A DNA stretch of 55,222 nt from a virus. Taxonomy: Duplodnaviria > Heunggongvirae > Uroviricota > Caudoviricetes. The stretch's first letter is position 1; every line of letters begins with the position of its first letter. Below the pieces are notes generated by a model that saw only the letters and a program-made list of their open reading frames with translations, was not told the DNA's origin and made no database searches. Of the stretch, positions 35,929 to 44,109 are shown in pieces. A program made the position numbers and the translations under genes. The stretch lies in IMG/VR virus record IMGVR_UViG_3300039452_000031; one strand, written 5' to 3'.

Positions 35929-37049
35929 GACCTTTTCCGTTCTGTAGTCGAGTTGACAAGTTTTAGAAGCCCCTTCTTGGAAAAGTCTTCCCACCAGAAA
36001 TTGGGTAAGGTAAAGAATTTGTCCTCTTTACCAATTTGGCAGTGTATGACCCAACGAACCTCAGGACCGTATACCTTGGCTTTACGAAAGTTACGCGATA
36101 GATGGTCTACCTTTTTCGATGCCCCTGTCAGTGTCCAAGTGTTCTTGCATTCGACGTACAGGTCACGATCAGGTAAATAGAAGTCGGGAAAGCCACCTAC
36201 CTTGAAGAAGGTATCTTTCGGATATCCTAGACTGAACGGTGTGCAGACCCTTTTAAATTTGACGATAAGCCTAACTAGCATTGCTACTTCAGAAGAGCCT
36301 TGAACTGTATACCGTTTACCTTCGACAACTACAACTCGATTAAGTTTAACGTTTTTCTTGCGGAAGACCTCTAAGGATTGAGATGGGTTATTTACGCCAT
36401 ACCTTTTTAGGAAAGTCCTAACTATCTTACGTCTTACGGACGGTATACTGAGTACCCTTTCGACTCCATAGCGCTCCATATTAGTTCGTTTTTGGTTCTC
36501 ATGGGCCTCCGGTATGTACATAGCATTGGTGACACCGTGCTTATCTAGCACCCCCTGTACATGAAGGTGTTTACCTTTAGTGGTCTTCATCGGATGATCG
36601 GCACCCCAGGCTTCTAGATTGTTCCTTTTTGTGGTCTCTTGGATCTCCAATACCTGCTGCGGTGCTCTGATGCCTTTACCGTGAATGACCTCAAACCGGT
36701 CCCCACGAACTTCGTAACCTCTACGGCGCCTCTCTGCAAGAAGCGAAGAATCTCGGGAACAGCACGAATAGCACAGACCATGCTGCACTGGTAGGGTGTA
36801 GACCTCACCGCAGCTGTCGCACAGGTGATCGTGTATTAAGGCCTCTAGACGTTTTCTTGGGGATTGAGACCGAGTGATTTGGGTAGCAACTATAAACCAA
36901 GCAAAAGCTTTTGGATGATTAGCCTCAAGCTCCTTGAAGAAACCTGCGATACTTTTGCGGGTGGTTGACCGATCGTTTACCCTGTCCAGTTGGGCCAAAA
37001 GTTTCTTGGACTGGTGCCGAACTAGATGAACAAATTCCGACTTCTTCAT
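35925..37049 (-). mobile_element. Free-standing homing-endonuclease-like gene (PD-(D/E)xK) inserted in polA
   Basis: C-terminal PDFYLPDRDLYVECK; repeated (Y/H/W)G..N/H DNA-binding-type modules (RYGVER, RYGVNNPSQ); CxxC clusters; visibly more AT-rich than its flanks. Confidence 0.8.
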
Positions 37050-39175
37050 TGCTTACCTTTAACGTAGGCCTCAAGCTTTGCCTTATCTTCTGGGGATAGA
37101 GGGAGCTTAGTAGAAGAGATTAGCCCCGCCACGTGTAGGTCATTAAGAGCCTTGTCTAGACCAATGATCTTTATCCACTCCTGTCTCAGCTTCTGGCCCA
37201 CACGGAAAACGGAAGCCAACGCCTTGTCGAAGGCTACAATGGACCACCCACGAATTTCATGACTACTGTAGTCAAAACGTATGAGTAGATGACCGTCTTC
37301 AGTGACGAACATCTCCTTGATGATCTTCGCCAGCTTACCACGGTTTGGAATGTTCTGAAGATTGGGATCGAATGAGCCAAGACGACCTGAGTCGACACCG
37401 AAGAAACCGTAGTCAGCACGCAGGTGTGAGTCAGTTGCACCGTCGAGGTCTCGAAGCTTTTTGTACCAACCCTTGACGTATGTGGACAGCAACTTGGACG
37501 ACTTCTGGTACTCACCAAACTTGGCGACCAAGAAGTTGCGGTCCTTGTAGTGGTCGATGAAGGACGCGTCGATGGCCGGTGCGCCAGTGGCTGTCTTCTT
37601 CCTCGGAGTCAAGCCCATGATGTCAACAAAGAGCTTGATCTTGTGTGCCGCTTTGTTGAAGCTAAAGGTCCAAGACTCAGAGACCTTGCCTCCAATGGAG
37701 CCAAAGATCGACTTGGCTTTGAAACCCGTATCACCTAAGAGTTCCTTGTTGGCCTTCCGAACCTCAGGGAACTGCTTAAATTCCTCACCCAGCTCGGCCA
37801 ACGTTTTGACCAGGGGTGAATCACTGTTCATCAGCGACTTCAAGTACCGGCGATCTACCTTAGAGCCCGCGTCTTTCAGATGCGATAGCTGGTGCACCGT
37901 ATCCGACATTTGGTACAGCATGTGTCGGATGAAATACTTGGTATAAGGCTTACCGTTCAGGTCCTGCTTGGCAGCACGTCGAATCTGTTGGTATCGGATA
38001 TGATGGAGAGCACAGGCATCCATCGAACCGTATTCTAGGAAGCCCTTATCGGAGGGCGACACTGAGCCGGTGGTCGATCGATCTTCCTTGCCAAATGTTC
38101 GGTCCTCAGAGAGATAGAAGTCACAACCGTAGGAAGCTAAGACACCCATCAAGCCATTGATGCCCTTGCCGAGCAGAGGTGCTAGACCGTTGACGTTCTC
38201 ATCCAGGTCGTGCTCGCCGGCCATGATTTCCCATACACGATGGCGAATGATTGGCACACCCAAAGCTCTACGGATAATGCGGAGATCGAAGATGCCATTG
38301 AAGGTTAGGAGAAGCTTTGTCTCTCTGGACGCAAACTTCTTGGCCAACTCGCGCTTGATGTACCGCCGCTCCTTCTCACTAAAGGGGTTGTCCTCGTGAG
38401 GGTGATCGATGGGTAGGACGTAGCCGGAAGTAGGCAAAGGTCCGTCGTTCTTAGCGAACGCGAACTGAATGGTATAGATTGCGTTGTGGAGGACTGAGAG
38501 GTTTCTGGTCTCGGTGTCGACCGCAATCGAGTCTGCCTCGTCCCAGTAGCGCAAGAGCTTCTTGAACTTCGCAATCGTGTTCACGTACCGAGGGCGGAGT
38601 TCGATTTGACCAATGTCGTGGGGATTGCGACCTAGCAGGAGGTTGGCTAGATTTCGGCACCATAGGCCAAGAAGGTTGGCGTTCGCACCGTCCTTTTCAA
38701 GAAGCCGGGCGAAGTCCAACGTAGACGTGACTTTGCGTCCGTCAAGAGAGTGAACCCAACCATTCTTAAACGCCGCGTGTTTGATCTGCGGATATAGCAG
38801 TTCCAAGTCACCGGAGAACAAGATATGAGTTGGATTTAGTTTGGCGATCAACTTCTGCGCACGGGCCTTGAACTCTGATTCCGCATCGGATCGAGCCGAA
38901 CCTGATAGGTCAAGGTGCTTCCGGGCCTGATAGTTGATGACCGCGAAGGCAGGACTGCCGATGTCTCCGTAGAGCCGTGCCCACTTCTTCGCGTATGCCA
39001 GAGCCTTGGACAAATAAGGCTTGGAGCACAGCTCCCGCTCCTTCAGATCCTCTGAAGGAACCGTCTGCAGGATGATAAGCACTCGCTTGGAGGCGTCCTT
39101 ATACCCGCTGTCGGCCTTTAGTCGAAGGTCGTAGCCCCCGTTGGAGGGAGGTGAGGGGAACGTTGTGTCTAGCAT
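37046..39175 (-). CDS. polA: Family A DNA polymerase, N-terminal fragment (extra N-terminal domain, 3'-5' exonuclease, thumb, motif A)
   Basis: Exo I AVDTET, Exo II FNGIFD, SGRLGSFDPNLQNIP and motif A FDYSSHEIR. Confidence 0.9.
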   Translation of the reverse strand: MLDTTFPSPPSNGGYDLRLKADSGYKDASKRVLIILQTVPSEDLKERELCSKPYLSKALAYAKKWARLYGDIGSPAFAVINYQARKHLDLSGSARSDAESEFKARAQKLIAKLNPTHILFSGDLELLYPQIKHAAFKNGWVHSLDGRKVTSTLDFARLLEKDGANANLLGLWCRNLANLLLGRNPHDIGQIELRPRYVNTIAKFKKLLRYWDEADSIAVDTETRNLSVLHNAIYTIQFAFAKNDGPLPTSGYVLPIDHPHEDNPFSEKERRYIKRELAKKFASRETKLLLTFNGIFDLRIIRRALGVPIIRHRVWEIMAGEHDLDENVNGLAPLLGKGINGLMGVLASYGCDFYLSEDRTFGKEDRSTTGSVSPSDKGFLEYGSMDACALHHIRYQQIRRAAKQDLNGKPYTKYFIRHMLYQMSDTVHQLSHLKDAGSKVDRRYLKSLMNSDSPLVKTLAELGEEFKQFPEVRKANKELLGDTGFKAKSIFGSIGGKVSESWTFSFNKAAHKIKLFVDIMGLTPRKKTATGAPAIDASFIDHYKDRNFLVAKFGEYQKSSKLLSTYVKGWYKKLRDLDGATDSHLRADYGFFGVDSGRLGSFDPNLQNIPNRGKLAKIIKEMFVTEDGHLLIRFDYSSHEIRGWSIVAFDKALASVFRVGQKLRQEWIKIIGLDKALNDLHVAGLISSTKLPLSPEDKAKLEAYVKGKQ

Positions 39176-39202
39176 TGGAACCTCTAAGGGTCGTCAAACT
39201 CA

Positions 39203-39212
39203 ATATTTACTG
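39203..39212 (-). promoter_or_regulatory. Putative phage promoter motif CAGTAAATAT upstream of polA
   Basis: Intergenic, about 28 nt upstream of the ATG at 39175. Confidence 0.5.
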
Positions 39213-39300
39213 TTCGGGCTTGTGCGGCGGGAGACCTCGGCCGTCAGTCAAGAGCCATTACCGAGGACATAAGCCCTGTCTTACGAGAGCGCACCCCATG

Positions 39301-39522
39301 TCAGAGATCCTTGAGTGCGGTTTTGAGATTGTTAAAGAAGTGGACTCTGTCGGCGTCGCTGGGAGCTTTAAGGCCCACCCGTTGGGCGAAGGTTTGAACG
39401 TCGAGATCCTCTTCTGTGTACTGACATTGGTGAGTCTCACGATGCTGCCAGTAGCAGTGTCCCTTCTGAAGAGGACAGGTAGAGACCACGATGTCAGTCT
39501 TGACGGCCACACAGTAAGTCAT
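39301..39522 (-). CDS. Small Cys-containing hypothetical protein
   Basis: ATGA overlap at 39519-39522. Confidence 0.6.
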   Translation of the reverse strand: MTYCVAVKTDIVVSTCPLQKGHCYWQHRETHQCQYTEEDLDVQTFAQRVGLKAPSDADRVHFFNNLKTALKDL

Positions 39523-39782
39523 TTCCCATTCTCCTCGATATCTGGACTCCAAGGATCGGCACAAATATGACCTTCAACCTCCTTACCGTCCTTTAGGGCT
39601 TTGAACTTGAACTTCCAGCCAGACTTGACCATCCAGCAGCACATAATGCAAGACTCGACCTCAATTGGCTTGTAGCCGTTGGCCTCCAAAAGTTTTCGAG
39701 CGTCCTTATCAGTCGGCAGCATGGCTAGCCCAATAGCAATGCCGATCAGGGCCACGACCAGAATGACGGTCTTCTCCCTCAT
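39519..39782 (-). CDS. Small membrane-anchored protein
   Basis: N-terminal hydrophobic helix VILVVALIGIAIGLAML; ATGA overlap. Confidence 0.65.
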   Translation of the reverse strand: MREKTVILVVALIGIAIGLAMLPTDKDARKLLEANGYKPIEVESCIMCCWMVKSGWKFKFKALKDGKEVEGHICADPWSPDIEENGK

Positions 39783-40492
39783 GGCCGACGTGCCGGGAGC
39801 CAATCCGGTGCTGAGTTGCCAATGTCGATCACCACCTTGTTGGAACCCTCAGCAATCCTGGGCGCAATGTACTTACCAGCCGGACCTCCGGAGAAGAGCA
39901 CAAGCTGGTGACCGACATCCCGAGCCTTGGCGATAACGTCCTCAGTTTGTTCCCAGGAAGAGAGACGGATAAAGTTCATCTTGAAACGGGTGACCCTCTT
40001 CTGGAACTCATCGGCTAACTCAGCGGAGGAGTGAATCAGAGTCACACCCTCGGTCGCCTCATAGAGTTCTTCCTTCTGGGCGGCAGTCCACTGATTGACG
40101 AAGAAGTTGTCGACCAGCTTGGCGGTTATACTGCTTGAGCGCCAGCCCATATAAGGTAGGTCGATCTCGAACGTCGAGTTTGTCAGGCCACTGACTGATG
40201 GCGCAAAGAACGTAGAGTCCGTCATCGCGGTTCGCATACGGGTCAGCAGCTCCACCTTCGGAATGTTCCACAGGCCCATGCGCTTGAGCCATGTCTCTGG
40301 ATCCTTGACGAAGGGTAAGGTAGTCAATTCCTCAGGCAGGGAATCGAAGTGCTTGACCAATAGAGCCTCACCGTCACCCATGCGAGTCACCGACAGCGGT
40401 GTCAAGGTACGCAGGTGATGGGCAACGATCTGGTAGAAAGCAGAAGGGGCAATGGTGTAGACGCATCGAAGATATTGAGCATCAGTTAGCAT
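39779..40492 (-). CDS. GT-D fold (DUF1792-like) glycosyltransferase domain protein
   Basis: SVTRMGDGE and GGPAGK...VIDIGN match the RxGDGE and IDIGH signatures of GT-D. Confidence 0.75.
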   Translation of the reverse strand: MLTDAQYLRCVYTIAPSAFYQIVAHHLRTLTPLSVTRMGDGEALLVKHFDSLPEELTTLPFVKDPETWLKRMGLWNIPKVELLTRMRTAMTDSTFFAPSVSGLTNSTFEIDLPYMGWRSSSITAKLVDNFFVNQWTAAQKEELYEATEGVTLIHSSAELADEFQKRVTRFKMNFIRLSSWEQTEDVIAKARDVGHQLVLFSGGPAGKYIAPRIAEGSNKVVIDIGNSAPDWLPARRP

Positions 40493-40537
40493 GGTTAGGT
40501 CCTGAGGTTAAGTTGAGTTATGCAGAGCCGCGGGTGT

Positions 40538-40678
40538 TCACGTAGTAAGGTACTTACCGGCACCTTCGGCTAAGAAGAATTCAGCCAAGCGAGTCTTGCC
40601 ACCCTTCACTGCCTCCAAGATTCGCTGCTGATGAGGCGGAAGACGGAAGCGAAACGGGCGTCGGCTGGAGGTACGCAT
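40538..40678 (-). CDS. Possible 46 aa mini-ORF (not in the ORF track)
   Basis: MRTSSRRPFRFRLPPHQQRILEAVKGGKTRLAEFFLAEGAGKYLTT; AAGG upstream; fills a gap. Confidence 0.3.
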   Translation of the reverse strand: MRTSSRRPFRFRLPPHQQRILEAVKGGKTRLAEFFLAEGAGKYLTT

Positions 40679-40698
40679 GCGCGCCTTGTATCAAGCAT

Positions 40699-40941
40699 TT
40701 ACGTTTTCTGACCTTCATTTCCCCTCCTCTGATCACGAACGTATTTAATAAAACCTAGGTTCTTACCACATCCGCAGCATATGGCATCACAAGCTTGAGT
40801 CTCGTTGAATCGGTGTCTGGTGTGATCACAACGCCGTTGCCTCAATGTGACTCGTACCTGATGATAGAGCATGAATAGACCGAAACCGATGGCGATACCA
40901 AGAGCACAAAGATCACCCAGTGCCATGTGAAAGACAATCAT
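40699..40941 (-). CDS. Small membrane protein with a Cys cluster
   Basis: N-terminal TM segment; CDH...CDAICCGC; TAATG coupling. Confidence 0.6.
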   Translation of the reverse strand: MIVFHMALGDLCALGIAIGFGLFMLYHQVRVTLRQRRCDHTRHRFNETQACDAICCGCGKNLGFIKYVRDQRRGNEGQKT

Positions 40942-41156
40942 TACCTTCTCCTATTTAGGCGTCTAGCTTTTCTGGCCGCCTTCTGTTTCTTACGCGCCTT
41001 CTTGACAGGGGTATGGTAGCGATTGTTGCCGTAACGGCGAGGTTCGTTGAAACGACCTAGTGGCTCTTGCCCACCAGACTGACATTCGCGGTCAATTCCA
41101 GGGTTGGCAATCTCTGACGGAGTTATTGTCGAAGGTCCTTCGTCAACTGGTTCCAT
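40941..41156 (-). CDS. Small protein with a highly basic C-terminus
   Basis: KKARKKQKAARKARRLNRRR tail. Confidence 0.55.
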   Translation of the reverse strand: MEPVDEGPSTITPSEIANPGIDRECQSGGQEPLGRFNEPRRYGNNRYHTPVKKARKKQKAARKARRLNRRR

Positions 41157-41204
41157 GATTAGGTCTTCATGTGAAAACGAGAATAAAGATCGGACAAGGT
41201 GTGC

Positions 41205-42206
41205 TCACTTCGTTCTCCTGTTCAGAATTTCCCTGCGAACCTTGGCAGCTTGTTTCTTAAGAGCCGCATCAGCAGGATGTTCAGACAGCCAGTGCTTGAA
41301 AAACTCGTCGGTGGAGATTTCCACAGCCGAACCCTCCTTCAAGTCCTCAACTCGGGCGAGGGCTAGCTCGGCTTCCGAGTTGACGGCCTTAACCTTTACC
41401 ACGTTCAGATGCTGGTAGTCTGCAGCCGTTACCTTTGAGGTCTTGACGATCAACTTGACCAAATCGAACTCAGAGGCAGGAATGCCTTTTAGATCCGCTT
41501 TGCTCTCTATTTCTACCGAATGAAGACGGTAGACAGGCCTGACAGGCACGTCTTCAATAACCCAGCCATCATCATAGGTAATGTGGTGGAAGAACTTTTC
41601 TGGGCGCTCGCCAAAGTTTGTCTGGTAGAGCGTTCCCGAGTAGAACGAGTTCCTTACCCGTTGTCGGGTATGGATGTGGCCGATAACCGCCGTGGCCTTT
41701 GAGGTGTTCAAGTCCTCTTTATCGTTGAGTCTTCCGGAGTCTGTGCGAGAGCCTTGGACATCGATGTGAGCCACATTCAAGGCCTCAAGATCAAACTTCT
41801 TATGAGGCCAGGGAAGAAAGCGAACTTGTTGACCATCGAAGTCCACTGTCTTGGGCTTGGTATAGACCGTGACGTTCTTGGGCTTGAACAGCTCCACCAA
41901 CTGAAGGCTGTGACCTACTTCAGGATCTTCGGCGAACAGATCGTGGTTACCAAGGAGCACGTGGAATTGGAATGGCTGATCGAAGATGCGAGCCAATGCC
42001 ATCTGAGCATCGTAGCTCATTCTCGGGTTCTCGCAGATATCTCCGTAGAGGATGATGTCCTTGATGCCCTTCTTCTTCGCATACTTGAGAGGTTGATCGA
42101 TTACCAAGTCGGCTACGAATTGATCGTGACGTCCCTTCAGGTACTCGTTGAGGCCTCCACGGCCTGAGCTGTCGGTCAAATGCAAATCGCCGATTCCTAC
42201 GAACAT
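41205..42206 (-). CDS. SbcD/Mre11-like (gp47-like) metallophosphoesterase nuclease
   Basis: GDLH, GD, GNHD and GHIH motifs. Confidence 0.9.
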   Translation of the reverse strand: MFVGIGDLHLTDSSGRGGLNEYLKGRHDQFVADLVIDQPLKYAKKKGIKDIILYGDICENPRMSYDAQMALARIFDQPFQFHVLLGNHDLFAEDPEVGHSLQLVELFKPKNVTVYTKPKTVDFDGQQVRFLPWPHKKFDLEALNVAHIDVQGSRTDSGRLNDKEDLNTSKATAVIGHIHTRQRVRNSFYSGTLYQTNFGERPEKFFHHITYDDGWVIEDVPVRPVYRLHSVEIESKADLKGIPASEFDLVKLIVKTSKVTAADYQHLNVVKVKAVNSEAELALARVEDLKEGSAVEISTDEFFKHWLSEHPADAALKKQAAKVRREILNRRTK

Positions 42207-42208
42207 GG

Positions 42209-42565
42209 TCAGTCCTTAAGGAGTCGAACCTTGATGATGGAGCTGAACTCCACCCCAATGACCTTACCACGCCAGCGGCTTTCTTTCAGTGCCCTATTGT
42301 CAATGCAGAGCCAGCTTGCTGGGGCGCGCATGACCGCCAGTTGGGATAGAAACTGAAGCTCGTTCCAGATGTTGTGCCACTGAAGGTCAGTACCATCCTC
42401 TTCCTGTGACGGAGAGACGATCATCTCCACTGTATCATCCTCACCGTAGGTAAGCTTCAGTACCGATCGGGAGAGGAGTGGAAATTGCCGAATTTCAGAG
42501 CTTAGGCCACGACCGAGAAACTGACCTTGGGAAAAAATCGACAGGTGGTGAATACGGTTATTCAT
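42209..42565 (-). CDS. Hypothetical protein
   Basis: ATGA overlap with the upstream gene. Confidence 0.6.
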   Translation of the reverse strand: MNNRIHHLSIFSQGQFLGRGLSSEIRQFPLLSRSVLKLTYGEDDTVEMIVSPSQEEDGTDLQWHNIWNELQFLSQLAVMRAPASWLCIDNRALKESRWRGKVIGVEFSSIIKVRLLKD

Positions 42566-43131
42566 GGTAGGTCCTCGTATTGCAGACTGTAGATGGTGTA
42601 CGACAGTTCGGCATCTCGCTTAGGATTCGAGGATGAAGCGCTGTCGGCTTTGCTCTGGGAACGCCAACGTCCGGTAAGAATCATCGCCTTGTGACCCTTG
42701 GTCTTGATAACGATCTTTGGATCTGGACGGAAGCTGTGATAAGCACCCAGGGGAAGAGTGAGATTCAGGACCGAGGACGTGGATAAGGTTTCGGGAACAA
42801 CTTCCCAACCCAGAACCTCAACCTCTTGGACGTCAATCATCACCGTAGGCTTGTGAGCTTTGAGCACTACAAGGGTCTGAGACACAGTGCCAGGATCTGA
42901 TCGATGAGAAACGGAGGCCACAGTTCCGCTGAACTCGAACGCACGGCCCTCAACCTTGGTCGACAGATGGACATTCTCCCATGTCAGGTGAGCGAACAGT
43001 TCTTCCTCAAGGAATGGGTTGGTTGGCAGGAGAAGGGCGACAGTGCCCAAGTATTTCTCGTAGCCTATTTGCGCATCCTTGAGGGCTACGCTGAGGCCGG
43101 GCATGAATACCTCATTGGCTAGGAATTCCAT
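42562..43131 (-). CDS. Hypothetical protein
   Basis: ORF on the coding strand, coupled to the downstream gene. Confidence 0.6.
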   Translation of the reverse strand: MEFLANEVFMPGLSVALKDAQIGYEKYLGTVALLLPTNPFLEEELFAHLTWENVHLSTKVEGRAFEFSGTVASVSHRSDPGTVSQTLVVLKAHKPTVMIDVQEVEVLGWEVVPETLSTSSVLNLTLPLGAYHSFRPDPKIVIKTKGHKAMILTGRWRSQSKADSASSSNPKRDAELSYTIYSLQYEDLP

Positions 43132-43237
43132 TGCGCTGGCCTCCGAAGGTCATTGTCAGTTCACCAGCCTTATAGCTCTGCCAGTAGAAGGTGGCTGTAG
43201 AGCTGGGCTTGGCTAGAAGATGGTCAAGCTTCGGCAT
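43112..43237 (-). CDS. Possible 41 aa mini-ORF (not in the ORF track)
   Basis: AAGGAG-TGACC-ATG; MPKLDHLLAKPSSTATFYWQSYKAGELTMTFGGQRNGIPSQ. Confidence 0.35.
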   Translation of the reverse strand: MPKLDHLLAKPSSTATFYWQSYKAGELTMTFGGQRNGIPSQ

Positions 43238-43239
43238 GG

Positions 43240-44064
43240 TCACTCCTTGCCCTCAGGGCCTTGAACAAAGAACTCGCAGCCGTCATAGACCGCGAGGATG
43301 AGATGCAGATGAACTTCAGAATCCGATCCGCGATCAACCGTGAACGAGGACTCCGGGGCATCTTCGAAGATGCCAATGAACTCAGAACAGACCGCAGAGT
43401 CCTTAGGACCTGCCTCACGGTCGAACTCAAACCTGATGGTCACCACATCACCGAGAAGCGTGTTGATGTCATTGATGACGTTCGCTGTCGCCGAAATCTT
43501 CAAGTGCAGGAGACCTTTGAGGATCATCTTATCCTCCCCATCTTCCGCATCGTCATCAGGGAAGTCGAAATCCTCACCTTCAGACTCTTGCTCGTCCTCA
43601 CCTGCCAGGTTATCAGGATGGGATTGGCAGTCCAGGGCGTGCTCGTCTTCCTGCCCAGTACGTTCCCTCAGCTCCGAAATGGTTTCGAAGTCGGAGGCCA
43701 GGATATGAGCCGCGAGGTTGGGGAACTGCTGGTTATCGCACTCGACGAAGACCCGGAAGTCGTTGACCTTCAGGACCTTGTCATCACCAGATGGTTCATC
43801 GTAGACCGAGCGTCGCTCGGGGGCGAGAACGAATAGGATCTGAGCTTGAGAGTCCAGATATCGACCACAGTAGAGACGGCTCCCAACGTAGGCCATGATC
43901 GACCCGTATTTCATGTCCATCATCTGGAGTTGATTCTTTGTGGTCTCAGACAGGGATGAGGTAGGGAACTTAATGGTCAGGGGATGGTTAGTCTCTGAGC
44001 TAACAAGGAGTTCAAGCCGGAAGGTCGGGTCTTCAGGGGAGACGACGGCGAGGATTAGGTTCAT
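43240..44064 (-). CDS. Hypothetical protein with a central acidic linker
   Basis: 274 aa ORF; first gene of the leftward arm. Confidence 0.7.
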   Translation of the reverse strand: MNLILAVVSPEDPTFRLELLVSSETNHPLTIKFPTSSLSETTKNQLQMMDMKYGSIMAYVGSRLYCGRYLDSQAQILFVLAPERRSVYDEPSGDDKVLKVNDFRVFVECDNQQFPNLAAHILASDFETISELRERTGQEDEHALDCQSHPDNLAGEDEQESEGEDFDFPDDDAEDGEDKMILKGLLHLKISATANVINDINTLLGDVVTIRFEFDREAGPKDSAVCSEFIGIFEDAPESSFTVDRGSDSEVHLHLILAVYDGCEFFVQGPEGKE

Positions 44065-44100
44065 GATCTAGTTGTGTTGGGTTCGGGATCGTACTCTAGT

Positions 44101-44109
44101 TGTTTACAG
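44101..44109 (-). promoter_or_regulatory. Putative leftward promoter motif CTGTAAACA
   Basis: About 37 nt upstream of the ATG at 44064; mirror copy at 44852-44860. Confidence 0.5.

Noticed and set aside
35925-37180. Group I intron interrupting polA
   Set aside because: A CGACTACA stretch near 35945 faintly resembles the R element, but no matching S element or room for a catalytic core was found. The three ORFs have clean ATGA couplings. Disfavoured, not excluded without RT-PCR or a covariance model.
8853-44000. Numerous plus-strand ORFs of 60-200 aa in the leftward arm
   Set aside because: They lie fully opposite well-supported minus-strand genes and show no recognisable features.
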